Shown here piece after piece: positions 26,301 to 41,300 of a stretch of DNA of 64,000 nucleotides. The position numbers and the translations under genes are program-made. The number at the start of each line of letters is the position of its first letter. Within the stretch, counting starts at the first letter, position 1. The stretch is from positions 14,612 through 78,611 of the forward strand of contig JAJDCD010000010.1 in assembly GCA_029261035.1 (NCBI GenBank), given 5' to 3'. The notes beneath the pieces are model-generated. The model did not search any database. It worked only from the letters and a program-made list of their open reading frames with translations, and had not been told where the DNA came from. This DNA is from Candidatus Omnitrophota bacterium (lineage in GTDB: Bacteria > Omnitrophota > Omnitrophia > Omnitrophales > JACROU01).

Positions 26301-29300
26301 CTTGCTTCTTGCAAGAAAATATCATTCATGATGTTATAAATTTCAAACTGACGATTAATTTGTTCTAATGTTCGTGATGGCGCTTCAAGAATGTCTACAC
26401 CCGCTGCACGCCCTCTTTCAACTTCACTTTCTTGCATCTGAGTTTGAAATCGAACAGCACGATCTTCCGCAACACCTGTTTGAGGAGAATGACCATCTAA
26501 AACGCGGCCACTCGCATGTCTCATATGTAAATAAAGATAAGCTTCATTGGCTTTACCAAATCCATTTGGAGACAACGTTCTTTCATTCAAAATCAAAGAT
26601 GGCATCAATCCTTCAAACAAACTTCCACCCCATGAAGGAACATAATGAATTGTGCGGTTTTCACCATTAACACGAATTGTTCTCTGGTAAAGTCCATTTT
26701 GTGGTGTTTGAGCTTGACCCGTCGTAGCAGGTTGTGTTCTTGGTGTATTTGTCCAAACATCTGCGGGAACCCCTCGACCCATTGCAACAATCAAATGAGG
26801 TCTAATTTCAGTATAAATCAAACCATAATGTGTTGGATTACCAAACTGGTCTGCTAATGGAGCATAATTACGTGTTGTTGCGTTGTAATCTAAACCGGTA
26901 TACATCTGCTTTCGAGTTGCATCATAAAGTTGTGTGAAATTCATTGCCTCATACAGTCTATTAGCAGAACCTTGAATTCGAGTGTCCGTTGCAAAAGCCT
27001 GTTTTACAACAATCAAACCAGAAGCCAACCAACCATTGTCTACCGTAGAAATTTTACGATCTGAGGTTTGTCCATTAGCAACTGTAATACCATCATGAAA
27101 CAATCCATTCACTTTATTCATTGCTGTAAGTGTACGAAGCACTTTATTAACTCTAGACTTCGCTTCTGCTTCTGTAATAATTCCTAGTTCTTTGGCAGAA
27201 ACAATACTCATCAAATACAAACCAATATTCGTTGGTTTTGTATACGAAGCTCGAGTAGTTCCATCACTCGCCAAAGAATCTGCAGGCAATCCTGTTGTAG
27301 GATCCACAACCGCTTCGAAAAATGCCCACGTTCTTGTTGCAATCTCTCTCAATAACGTTTGATCCGCTGGGGTCAATGTTTGATTTGTATTTAAACCCTG
27401 TGGCGTACTTAATCCAGAAAATGTGGTGTTCATCAAACGTAAGTGAGGCTGAATCGATGCATCCGTTTGAAAATGGTTTTGAACTGCACCATTTCTAACC
27501 GCATTCGCAATCGAGATCATAATCATACCTTGATCTAAACTCAACATCGTTTGGTCGACAGAACCTGTTTCTAAATGGACCGCATCATAAAACCCTTTAG
27601 GACCATAAACAAGAGATTGATCTCTTGCGTCCTTTAAAGCAGCTAATCGTCTAATGTTGGCCATGGCTTCTTGAGGCGCTGTTGACAAAGCTAAGAAAGT
27701 GGCGTGTGGCGTTATCACAGGCTGGTCACTGGTATAACCTCCTGAAGGCTGTGATCCTAGAGGAGCACCAAATTCAGAATAACGTCCTGAAGTACGTGGA
27801 TCGCGAGAAACTGAAAGTCCCCAAGCAGTAAAGTCCCCTGGTAGCTTGTTTGGCGCAGCCACATTCGCACCCGTTCTATAAACTTCAACTAAACGTGTAG
27901 CTCTTCTTTGAATATCCGTAATGTTAGGGTTCGGAACCAATCCACGATATAGAGCAACAATATCTGAAACTTTCTTTGTGTCCACATCAGTGCTTGCAAG
28001 TATGGTACGAACTCTTCTAATCGTATCCAAACTTTGTACCTGAGTTGGAGACCAAAAGTTGTTCTGAGAAGCGACTCGAACCACCCCCTGAATAGATGTT
28101 GTCAAATCAGGGTAAATAGCTGTGATAACTTCGTTCAGTTTTTGATTACTAATTTCATCACCACTCGTACCGGCGGCAGTAACTGCTTTTGCTCGAAAAG
28201 CAACTCTAATAGCATCTGCACCTGAAACTTCAGAAGGAATTAAACCCACTAGAGCATTGACTAAAGTTGCACTATCCTTCTTATGAAAATTTAAATAATT
28301 TCTAAGAGATGTTCTCATAGCCGCATTCAATGGTGCTCCGGCATGAATTTGACGCGCAAGCAAACGTCTCATATCTTCTAAATTAGCTCTTTTATATTCA
28401 TATAATGTCCACTGAAGAGCTAAATTAGTCCTCCACTCATCATTACCCCATAAATAATTAAATAACGCTCCTGAATTACCACCCATCGCACGCATTGCAG
28501 AAGGCATTCCTCTATAGTAAATTTCAACGAATTTCTGTACGAAAGCTTGATTTTCACTTAAAGCAATCAATTGGTCTTTTACATTTTGAGACAATGTTGC
28601 TCTATTGCGTCTAATATATTCTTCAACCGCTTCAATCAACTTACGTCTTAATTGAGCAACAGTTCTTTCTTGTCCTCTTCGATTTAACTCGCCTTGATGT
28701 CTGTCTAGATTATCTGTCAGACGACCTAACTCGACTAATTCACGATTAACCGTCGTTAAATCTCCTTCAATTCGCGTAGCGCCTACCTGTAAACCGCTAA
28801 TCTCTCCTCCTTTTTCTCGAGACAATTGGTCTAAAGAACCTCTCATAGAATCCAAACCGCCCTCCCCTTGCGCTGTGGTAATAGACTCTACTAATAAAGA
28901 AATAATCTCACGCTGTACTTCTGGGCTACGTCCTTCTAAAGTACGAAGGATTCTTTCTATATCTGCTTGAGTCAACGGAGTTTCTGGAGAAGCCGTATTT
29001 ACTGCTGCTTGGAAAGTGCGGGCTCTCTGCTGGATTTCTGCACGTTGATCCACTTGATATTTTTGATTTAGATACTCCCCACCAAAAACCATTCCAAAAA
29101 CCAAAGTAAGAATCAGTATGATTTTACCGAAGCTCTTCATGCCTTTGGCTTTATTAATGGAAAGCATAAAACTGATAGAATCCCAAACCCTATAAAAACT
29201 CCAAAGAGCAAAAGAACCTATTCTTCCGATACCGCTAATTGGTTTACCAATGGCTAAAAGTAGACCTCCTACGACAGAACCCACAATCAGAGGAACTGAA

Positions 29301-32300
29301 GAAGGTAAAACACTTGCAGAAGAACCTAAAGCTTGCATCACAGTGCCTACCGCTAACGTTTCAGGGAAAAGTGCTGCAGCACTGAGCAAACCAAAACCTA
29401 TAATCAAAGCACCCGCAACAATTCGAACTCCCGTAACAGGTTTCTTAAACATCCAATTCGTCCACTTCGTTGCTGCCACTTTGCTTTGAACATACATCGA
29501 AGCTTCGTAGTACACAGAATTTGTTTTAGCAAGCAAAGGAATCATCATACTAACAGAAGGCTTAATCACAAAAACAATCAATGCCGTTGCCCCATAAACA
29601 GCACCCATCACAAAAAAGACACTAGGCAAGAATCCCGTAGGGACAGTAATTCCTACAATAGGAATAACCCATGAAGGAGTTGCTCCTGTTATAACTGCAG
29701 TAGCAGCGGTAGCAACCCGAAGCATCGCACCAAAAAAGAGACTCGCTAAAAGAGGAGCAAAAATAAGGTTAGGAGTACGTTCAAACATTCCCAAGATAGA
29801 GCGCAACGGCCTCAGAGAAGCTCCTCTTTCTAAAGAGGCTTTAACTTCAACTTCTAGTTGCAGAACGTCCACTTTATTTTTAGCTACAAGATCAATGCCG
29901 CGAGGATCTCTACTACCTGAGTAAGAAGAGGCCACTTCATTTTGTAGTCTTTTCACTTTATCAAAAGCAGCAATCAATTCTGCTCGAATGGCTTTTTGTT
30001 CTTCATGTCTATGCTCATGAATAGCTGTTGCTGTTCGGTTGTATTTTTGCAAATGATATCGAGTAGTATTAATTGCTTCACTCAATTGATATTGAGTAAG
30101 TTGTAAGAGTTCTTCTTTGACAGAGGCTAAATCAGCTTCATAAGCTACAACTTCCGTATTTACTTCCTGATAATAATCATCAACTTTCACCTTTAGAGTG
30201 CCTGTTCTAGAACTAAAAGCTCCTAGTCGAGCTTCTGCATTTAAAATTTGCTCTTCAAAAGGGTAGTCTACATAATCTCTTTTTACTGGAGGACCTCTAG
30301 CACTCAGCTCCGTAGATATTTCTTGAACACTGACCAGATGTTCTTTAACAACTGCAATACGATTTCTAAATCGTTTCATTTTGTTCTCATACTCAACAAC
30401 GGCATGGTTTTGTTTAAGACGATCTTCTTCAAGCTGTCTTTTGTCGCTTGCCATACCCGCTCTTAAACCAGAATAGTCAAATTCCGCTACGTTAAGAGTA
30501 GATAGCCTTTCCGTTTTCGTACCTATTGTTTCTTCAAGGTTCTCGTGACGCCCTCTCATAATACCTGTGTATTCATTCAACACAGAATCTTCCAACAAAC
30601 TATAAAAACCCAGCAATGCCTGTTTCGCATATTCTGTCTCTGCTTCTGCCCCTGTTTTTATTTGATTAATACGTGCTATATCGGAATCACTAATTTCTAG
30701 GTTATTGTCTTCTTTTTGCTGCCTCAAACGCTCCGCTGTCACATAAATCGTATCCCAATATTCCCTTAAGTCTCCCTGCACTATTTTGAGCAAATTCACC
30801 AAAGCGTTCGCTCGAACAAGAGCATCATCTTCACGATTAACAATTTCTCGCACCGTCTCAACCCAACGATCTAAATGTAATGCCTTCATATTTTTCAAAG
30901 CCGTATCTGCTGCTGCAATCATCGCCGCCACTTGAGGCTCTGTTAAGGGTTGACCTGGATCCACAGGGATCATTGGTGGCGCCGCTGCTTCAGGAAGCAT
31001 AGGTAATTCATCTGACTCTTCACCCATTTGTTTCTTAGCACGATTCATCGCAAAGAAAGCCCATTCATAATACCCTTTGGCATCTTCCATTGCTCTCTCA
31101 GCTTCTTCTTTTTCCAAATTGGCTTGATCCCATTGCTGAAGAATCTCTTCTATTACCAAAGAATCTTCTGCTTTGCTATCAACATTCAGAAGAGCCGTAT
31201 TAAGCTCCTCAAATTTTCGCTCAACACCGACAAAAGCTCGTGCAAGGTCATTAGAATCTTGACTTAAACCTTCTAATCTTGTTTTATAACTTGCTTCATT
31301 CCCATCAAAATCGGTTTCTTCATCCAAATCTTTAACAAAATCCTGAACTTTCTTTTCAAACGTTTCAACACGAGAACGAAATGTAGAAGTTTCTTTCAAA
31401 GAGGCTTCATCTTTCCTCAAAGCATCCAAATCGGATTGAACTGTATTTATTTCGTTCTCCAACGCCTCGAGCTTCCCATTATAATCTGCAATAAACGCAT
31501 TTAACTCATTAATACGCTTATTGGTTGCTTCCATAAATTCTCTAATCTGCGTTTCTAATTGTCTTAAATTTAACTGCTCTTCAGAACCATTAACTGTTAC
31601 TGTTATCGTACTACTCTTTGTAGCTAATATTACTTTTTGAATAAGCTCAATACTTTTAGCAGCTCTCGTTAAAGGTTCTTTAGAAGTAAATGCTAATGTT
31701 TTTACTCTAGCAACCCACTGTTTCGCTCTAAGAACACTATCTTGATCCTTTACTTCGTTAAAATCAAACAGTTCATCAAATTCGTAATCCTTAGCATTAG
31801 GCAGACCAAAAGCACTTCCCAACTCTTCTTTAGCTTGTAAAAATGCCTCATCAACCGCTTCTCGATCCTCTTCAAATTGACTTGGAACATTCTCTAACAA
31901 AATTGAAAACTGTTCTTGTTGCATCTTTTCAATTTGAGCAATTTGCTGTCTCTTCTCATTAATAAAATGTTTTATCTGTAATTCAAACTCAAAGTAGCTT
32001 CCAGTGTAATCTGATTCTTTTAAATACATCGTATTTGCAAACTTCTCTATTAGCTTTACAAGCCTTTTAAACATAACTTTGTAATCAGCATCACCCGACT
32101 CCACTAACGTATTATCTTTAAATCCTAACAAAAGTTGCCCGGGCTTCGTAGAACTCGTTTTGAATACTTTTTCAAGCTCTTCCACATTTTCGCCTAATAA
32201 GCTTTCTGCCTGAGCCAAGACTTCTAAAATCTGTTTAGGGTCAGAGTTAGCATCAATTTCCAAAGCAAATAAATCCCCCAAAATATCCAAAAGTACCGTA

Positions 32301-35300
32301 AGAGACTTTGCTTTGCTTTCAACGACATCTTCTATCGTTGCACGATATAAATCCACATCTTGATCATCAATATCAGAATATTTCTCTGAAACTTCTCGTT
32401 GCTCGATCTGCGCATCAATCAGTCCTAATACAAGCTCCACCTTCAACAGCTTTAACTTTTGAAAATCCAAAACCAACATTCTTATATCTACATTCGGAAA
32501 ATTATCAATAATCTGCGTTATTAACACTTTTTCAATTTCATCTACAACAGTTTCTCCTGCTCTCATCTGTAATCCAGTCAGGTCCTTTATCTCTGTTAAA
32601 CGACTTGCATCTAAAACAATTTCTTGTCTTAATGCTTCTAAAGCATCCACATCCAACGAATCCGTTTTCAGAGCCTGCGTCGCTCTATCAACCCACTCTT
32701 CAAGCAAATGCATTCTCTGTTTAATAACATCCATACCCACTTCTTTTTCTTTTTCCGCATTTAAAGTCACTATGAGTTTCGTTTTGATCTCTTCACCTTG
32801 AGGTGTTAGCAGTTTTTCGAAGAATTCTTTTCTTGCACGGTCAAACAAAGCCTTACGTATGCCCTGGTGCAAATCAGAAAACTCAAATTTCAACGCTTCA
32901 ATTCTAGAATCTAACAATTGGGCAATATCATCTAATTGACTCTGAACTCCTGTGTCTGAAATCAGTTTTTCTTTACTCTCATTTTCTAATTTTTCTTTTA
33001 GCTCTCTAAATTTCTGTCTCAACTCTTCTTGAAGCGCTCTTAATTTTTCGTTTGCCGCTTTAACTCTTCCTTTTCTCCAATTCAATGCTTCTTGTTTTTG
33101 GTCTAAGCGTGCCTGAATAGTTTTTTGAAGCGAAACCAAACTGTCATAATGCAAGCTCGCCATACCATCCCTCTGCTCCGCATCTTCACCAACAGTATAA
33201 AATTCTCTTAACTCTGAATAATAAGTTACATTTTCGTCTAGTTCCGTTCCATCTAAACCTTCTGCAACTAACGTTTGCCGAACAATAGATTCAACCCAAG
33301 CATCTACATCGTCAGGAATCTTGGTTTCCACTTCTTGCTGTGTTTTGATAACATCCAAAACTTCTTGTTTCTGAAAGTTAGGCTCAAAACCAACAACCTG
33401 TGATTCATAAGCCTTAAGACGAGAACCATAATTAACTCTTTCTGCTAATAAAGCCGTCTTAACTCTCTGAACACGTGCTTGGTGAGCCCCTAGAATACCT
33501 TGCACTTCTGCCATTTTCTCTATTAAATCATTAATAGCCTGCTCAGAACCCTGAACTCTACCTTCATATTCTATTCTTGCTTCAGCTAAATCAAGATCGG
33601 GATCTAAAGTTTGAATCAACTCAAATTTTTTCTCTAAAGACTTCAACACTTCTTCGGTCTCTCTTAGACCTGTAAGTAACTTTCTTGATTCCTTTAATTC
33701 TTTCTCCAACAGCTCTAAATCACCATCCACTAGCATAAACTCCAAATTTGATAACATCAAAACAGACTCTCTGTCTATTTCAATGTGTAATTGCTCTGCT
33801 AACTGCAATAAGCCTTGTTTTTGTTGTAATGCCAATTCTTTTGGATTTTGTTCTAATAACTCCAAAATGCGCTTCAACTCGTTAAGATATCCTTCTAATA
33901 ACCCTTCAGATACTGTGTCTATTTTTTGGTTCAATAGATCTAAGGCTTTTCCCTTACCATCAGAAACAGCCGTTTTAGCTTGATCTGCAACATCTGTTAG
34001 ATCAAGCCTAATTCTTCCAAGAATTCCTATCTCTTCATCTGCACCCTCTTTAACAACCAACATCTCAGCATCCGCTAATGCCAGAGTCTTAACCTTAATG
34101 CTTTGAATTTTATCTTGAGCTACCGCTTGACTCGCAGCCCCTTCCATCGCTTTTTGTAAGAATGTATTTTTAGCTTCTTCTAATTCAGAATCATCCACAC
34201 TTGGATCACCCTCTTCCAAAGCTTTTTTAGTTCTAAGAATGATGAGCAACCTTTCAGAGAACCAAGGTTCGTAATCACTAGGCATCCCCATAGAACCCTC
34301 AAACTCATCTTCAAATTCAACAACAGAGCCTTCCACAATCTCACCAAAAGATCGAAGAGCTTTATCTCTCTGATCCTCAATTTGATTTTCTATAGGCAGT
34401 TTCTTCTTAACCTCATCTAATTTGCGGTTAAGATCCTCAAAACTTGATTGTATATACTCTTGCATCACTTTTACAGTAGTACTGACGCCTGTTCCATTCA
34501 TATATTTTAATTTTGGCTCAATGCTCCTAATACTACTTAACTGCTCAAAAGAACTTGCTCTAATTACCAATAACTGCGCATCTAGTTCTTGTATCATAGA
34601 TAAAAGATCGGTGGACCCCACATCTAAGCTTTCAATCTTGCCTTCCTGCTCTGTAAAAGCTTGGTCCACAACAGACTTTAAATAAAGTAAATACTCTGCT
34701 TTTACCATTTGCATTTCCCTACTCTTCTGTTTAAAAGTTGCTTCTAGTTGTTCTCTAGCTCTTGTCACAACAGAACTTTTTGAATCTAATTTTTTATCTT
34801 TAACTAAAGCATTAAAAGTTTGCCCCATAAATGTTCTAGCTTTACTCATGATAGCGATCAAACTCTGATCTGCTTCTTTGCTATATTCTTCAAAGGTAAG
34901 TAACGTTCCAATGCTCTTTGCTCCAACACGTCCCAATTTTCTCCTCAAAGAATCTGCTTTCTGATCTGCTTCTCTTTCAAATTCTTGAAGAAAGTTTTGG
35001 ATCTCATTTTCAAAAGCCCTTTCATTCGCTGCTTCTAATATTCCTGCCAAATCTTTATTTCTTGTTTGAGTCCACAACACTCTTAGTTTTGATACTAAAT
35101 CCTGCGCTCTGTCCAAAAGATCTCCAAAGGCTTCATCCCCAATGCGTGTTTCATCCATATTCCATTGCTGTATAGTCCTCTTGCTTGGATCTCTAGGAAC
35201 AAAAAAGTTAGCTGTCTGCACAAACTCAGCAGAAGACGCTATATTTCTAAAATTTGACCCAACGGTCTGACCCCTAAGAGGAATATCACGAAGCAACTCT

Positions 35301-38300
35301 TCTCGATCGTTGTAATAAGGCTCTACTTCCTCCACATTTAAATCTTGAGGCCTCTTTGCCGTAAGCTCTTCTAACTCTCTTAACCTTTCTTCAAATTGAG
35401 CAACCTGAGAATCTTTATAAGCAATAGCGCCTTTCATATCAGCTATCACTTTCTGTCGAGCAAATCGATCTATATCTTCCAAATCCGGCTGTGGGTCACC
35501 CTCTAAAATGGACAGAGCTCTTTCAACCTCAGCTGCTTGACTTACTAATTTTTCTTTAAGAGCTGTATATTCATTAGAAACATCCTCATTAATTTGAGGA
35601 AGAGTGGATGTATCTACACTAGAAACCTCTAAGTCGTCGGAACGCCCCCAACCTTCAGAAATAAACGTTTTAATAGAAACAGGAGTTAAACTTGGAGCTT
35701 CATTACCCAAAGCCAATAATGCTGCACTCAAACGACCTTGAAGTTTAAGGTAGTAGGTCTTTTCCTTTTCTTCTAGATCCAATTCCAAAGCTTCAATCCT
35801 TGCATCAAGAGCTGCCAGTCGAGGTTGATTGTCTTCTTTTAACTGATTTAACTGCTCTTTTTGCTCACGCTTTTCATCCGCAGACAAACCTTCACCATTA
35901 AGATAATCGAGGATTTCTTTTTTAGAAGCCGAGAGTTTCTCTTTCGCTTGTTTAACCACTTCAATTACTTCTGCTTGCCCTTCCAAACCCTCAAGGATTC
36001 CAGCATCCAAAGCAATAAATTGATTTAATCTCTCTTCTTTCCACGCAGCTGGATATAAACCAGAAAGCATTCGAGCAATCTTAACAAGCTTTTCTCTAAC
36101 AGATGTTGCACTGGATAAAACGTCTCTATTATTTCGACTTAGAGAAGAAACTATGTCTGAGTTTGTAGCAACGTCTTCAAATTCATCCGGAAGCTGGATA
36201 GGTAAGCGATTCTCAAAAACATCTCCCAATACACTTTCTTGTTCTTGTAGCAACTGACGTGTTTTCATCAAAACTTCTAAAGATATCTTGTCAATTCCAT
36301 CTAAGGATTTTTCTAAAGGATCTATCTTTTGAAAAACGCTTCCATTGATACGTTTAATATCTCTGCTTTCTTTGCGAATAAACACTCTAGCTTCTCCAGC
36401 CAATTTTTCTAGATCAATTCCAGAAAAAGCTCGAGACAATCTACGACTAAGTCCTTTTAGCTTTAATGGCTCAAAATCTTTATCCTGACTCCACTCTTCG
36501 TTAATTTCGTCAACTACCTTGCTATGCCTAGCTTCTAATTCCGTATTCGCTCTACCAATCTCTTCTTTTACAAGGTCAAATAAATTAGCATCATAAACAC
36601 CCAATGAACTAATATCAATTTTAGGAGATCCTGGAAGCTTTAGATCTGTAACGTATTTTACTGTAAAGTCAAACTTAGCCTTTTTATCCCTAATATCATC
36701 AAGCTGAACTGAATAAGTCTCTCGTTTCAAATCTAGCTGAGCCATCATTAACTGCTGTTGAGTTCGAATTAATTGACGCACAAAATCAAGCTTTAATTGA
36801 GAAACACTCACACCACCGATTTCGGCTGATTCGTAATCTTCTTTGCTTCCCAACAAATTCAAAACACCATCTAACTTTTGTTCAAAGGCAGTCCAAAGCT
36901 GTCCTGCAGATTCAATTCGTGATCTTTGTTGATCAATATCTTCTGTTGTGCTTTGAGTCCCCAGCTGTGTTGTCATCAAACCATCCACACTTGCCATTTC
37001 GGATTGAATCAAATCAAAAGCATGAGTGACTTGAACTTCAATAAATGTTTTTTGGAAATTATCAACGGCTTTTTCAATCATCGCTGGGACAGCAGCACGA
37101 ATCGCAGCTAACGTTTGCGTTTTCTCGTCCCCATCCTGCATACCTGTTTCTATTGGTGCAATAATAGAATTATTAATAATGGTTTCGATTTCACTTCTTT
37201 TTTGCTCAACTAAACTTATCTGAACCTGATCTAATTTTTCTATTTTTTCAATAGAAATAGTCCCCAAACTCTTTGCATCAGTCACACCGTCTTCAAGGGC
37301 GCCCTTAACAGCTTTTGCAATTCTTTCCGCATCCCCTTCAGCAGATTTTTCCAAAGCCCCTGTTAAACCCGCTAACAAACTTTGAAGGTCCATCGCTGGC
37401 GCTGATTGCGCTGATTGCGTCGATTTATCTCCGACATCAGAACCCAAAACTTCATCCACCGCAGCTGTGGCAACCTGCTCATCGGTAGTTGCCGCTGTTG
37501 CCAATTCAATGGCAGTGTCTAGCTCTAATATTTTGGAATTCAATATATCTGCTTTGCTTGAAATTTCTGCAGCCGCAGAAGAAGAGACCAACTCTAACGC
37601 CTCTTTTACAACTGGGTTATCATCTTCTTGAATACGTTGGATACCCGTCTTTGCTTCTTCCACATCAAAAGGCCTGTAATCATTATTAAGTTCATCCGCA
37701 GCTTGTTTCTGCAGATCTACATCTGTCTCAATCAAAGCTTGATCTGCTTTATCAATAAAACCCTGTAGCTTTTCTAACATTTCTTTTTGAAGTTCTTTAA
37801 TTGCAGCCGTCTTTTCTTCTATCGTCAGCTTCGCTTTATTTCGATCTTCAATAGTAGAATCCAAAGAACCCAAAACTCCATCCAGGCGATCCATACTCTC
37901 TTTTACTTCTGAAATAGCCGTATCAGCCACCGGAGATAAAGCTGCTTTTACATCTGCATCAGGATCATCTGCTAAATCTCGAACTGCTGCTTTGTAAGCT
38001 TCCATTTCTTCTGTAATTTCTGCAGAGCCTTGACGAACCTCCCCTTGCTGCACTTGTTGCTCATCTAAGTCTGTTTCTGTAAGCGCTGATTCAACCCGAT
38101 CAATTAACGTATCGATTTTCGCAATCATTTGTCTTTGAAGCTCAGCGATTTGACGCGTTTTTTCTTGAATAGTTGCTTGCTGCTCTTCTTTCTTCTTCAC
38201 TTCTTCATTTGCTTTATTAGAAGTTTCAATTAATTGAGCAATTTGATCCATAGATTCGCCGTAATGATTAAAATGCTGGGTCAAACGTTCATTTGCAGTA

Positions 38301-41300
38301 TCAATATAAGATGCTACTTCTATCTTATCTACATTCTCCGCACGATTTTGTTGTTCAAATGGCAGCTGCGCCTCAACCGCTTGACGACCTTCCGCCAATT
38401 CTTGGTGAGTCTTTATAATTGTTGCTTTCTTCTCTTCACTTTCTGACAATCCGTTTTTAATCACTACTTCAAAAAATAGCTTTGAATAATCTGACGATTT
38501 TAAATGAATTTGTTGAAGTATTTTTGCCTCTTCAGAAATTAATTCCTTAATAAGAGTCAAATTGTTAAAACCTTCTCTCCAAGAAACCAGCTTTTCTTTT
38601 AATTCCGGGATATCTTTGTCCTTTGATACTCTTTCTACTGCTTGCAAAGAACCCGTCACATTCAACTTCAAACTTAACAAACTTATCCCACGCTCTTTGA
38701 CCAATTCAACTAATCGCTCTCCAACATAAGCATAAGCAGCACTATCTCTGCCTTGTTGTTCCGCTTGATCATAGGTGTTATTAACCGCTTCTTGTAACTG
38801 TTCTATAGCTTCTGCGTAAGTAGTGTATGCCGCTTCTGCATTTTTATATTCCTCTAACTGTTTCAAATCTTCGCTAACAGCATCCAAACCTAAATCTGAT
38901 GCCAAATCCGCCACTCCCGTTTGAGCATCGTCAAAAGACGCTCTCTTTTCAGTAATCAAATCATTTAAACGTGTTTGTTCTGCAGCCAACTTATCTTGAA
39001 CTTCTTGTTCATTTTCAACACGTTCTAACTCAGGGGTTTTTGCTGATTCCAAAAGCCCTTCAACACTTCCTTCTAATTGCTCTAATCTTTCTAAAACATT
39101 TTTCACTTCTGTTTTTGCTTGTTCTAAGCCTTTTTCTGTCTTTTTGCTTAAAGCAATACGAATAAGTCCAGAAGCCTCGGAAACAGCATCGTTAATTTCT
39201 TTTTCCAAAGCATGGGTACGCTCTCCAATTTTTCGAACAAGCGTATCAACATCATTTAGAAAAGCTACTTCGCTTTCATTGAGCTGTTCAATAATAGAAG
39301 CGTAGAACTCACTTGCCTCTGTCAAACGTGAAGCAAACTCCCTTTCAACCTCATTTTTTCTTTCGAGAACAGACGTATATTCTGATGGGTTTTCTTTAAT
39401 TGTTTCGAAAGATGAATCAATAACAGCTAAATCAATAGGAGCAACTCGACCCCGCACTTCAGAATGAGTTTTTTGAGCCTCTTCCAATAAAGCCCTGGCT
39501 TCAGCATACCCTTCTCGTGTTCCCAACTCGATTTGCTCTACCGCTTGGTTTCTAACACGATCTGTAGCAGAAACCAGAATTTCAACCTGTTCCGCTCTAA
39601 AAGATTCTAACGCTTCCAAAGCTTTTTCACTTAACTGCTGCTGCTTCTCCGTCGCCACTTCCGCACTACCAAGAACATCTTCTAACTGATCAACTCTAGA
39701 TTGAGTCTCTTCAGCACGGTATTCCAAAGAATCATTAACATCCCCTAAAATAGCGTTAATACGTTCATTGTCTTCTGGTGCATCATCCGACAGTTCCACT
39801 CGCTCTAATTTTAACTTATTATTAATTCGCACTATATCAGCAAATTGCTTACCTGCTTTTGTTAACTCCTTAGCTTCAATTTCTGCGAAGGTGTCATCAA
39901 TCAAGACATCCAATTCATCCCACTCGGATTCAATACGTTCTCTTTGAGATCGAATTTCGGTAAAATAATATTCTTCAACACCCACACCTTTATCTTTTAA
40001 GAGCTTTCTAAGGTTTCTCATCGCTTCAATAACTTCTAATCTTCTCTCTACATAGCCTGTATTCAATTCTTGTTCTGCAACATCATATTCTTCGGCCAAA
40101 TAAAGTTTATAATCCTTCTCTACCCCAACTCGGTCGGGTATCGGACCTTCCTCTCCTTCAACCAATCCTATTTCTTTTTCTAGCTCAAACAAATCAGAGC
40201 TAATGGACTTCCATACACTTTCTTGCTGAGTCGCTTCTAAATCTTCTTTTGCTTCTCGAATAGAACGTTCGATTCGATTCAGAAACTCCAGTAACTGATC
40301 CCGTTTAGCTACATGTTTAACTGCATACGCATCTTTGATCTTAGTTTTAACGGCAGTTGCTTCAGGATAAAATTCCGCAAGAGCTATAGAAACTTCTCCA
40401 AGAGCTGCCGTAATACCTTCATTACCATTTAAAATTCTCTCAACATCTGCTTCTTTATTATATTTACGCACTAACTCTTCAAACTCAGGTGCCAATAAAA
40501 CACGATGAGGAATTCTTCCGGAAGCCGCTCTTTTTTCAATTTGACCCACACGCACCATCGATTGATGCCATGCATTGTAACTTGGGAATTTTTTCCTCTG
40601 TTTTGCAAGACCCAACTCATGAACTCGAGTCTTTTCTTCCCGAATCTCTTCAGCCAAACCACGAAAACGCTTAACAATTCCATCTCTTTGTTCAATGTAA
40701 GGAACTAAACCTTCTTTAAGAATTTCGAGCCAACCTTTTAACTCTTCGAACTGCTGCGTCACCGCTTGACGTCTTAATTCTGTTTGAGAAATGCGCTCTC
40801 CCACTTGTGACTGAACTTCAAGAATACCACTTGTAACTTGATCTAGAAGCTCTCCTTCAGGCAATTCATTACGAGCACCTCGCAATAAAGTCAAAATACC
40901 TCTATACTCTCCTTCACCTACCAAAGCAGGAACATCTGTTACTGGATGAAAACGATAACCCGCAACGGTATACAAACGGCCCCGCGGTCCTCTCTCAATC
41001 TCCAACGTTTTTTTATTTGTTTGCTCGTCCTTACTCCATACATTTTTGGAACGTCGCTCATCTTCTAACTGCACTTCTACCGCCTTCAACGTAGCTTCTA
41101 ATCGTTCCACATCTTGCAAACCTTCTAACTCTTGCAAAGACTGTTCCACACCTTCAAACACACCCTCGCTTTGAGCTGCTGCATTTGCAGTCTCGAGCTC
41201 AATTGCTTTAACACCCAAAGCATATATCTCTGGGATTTCTTGATCTAAGATCTGAAGACCTTCTTGCCTCATGGCTAATAACTTTTCACTGTATTCCGCA

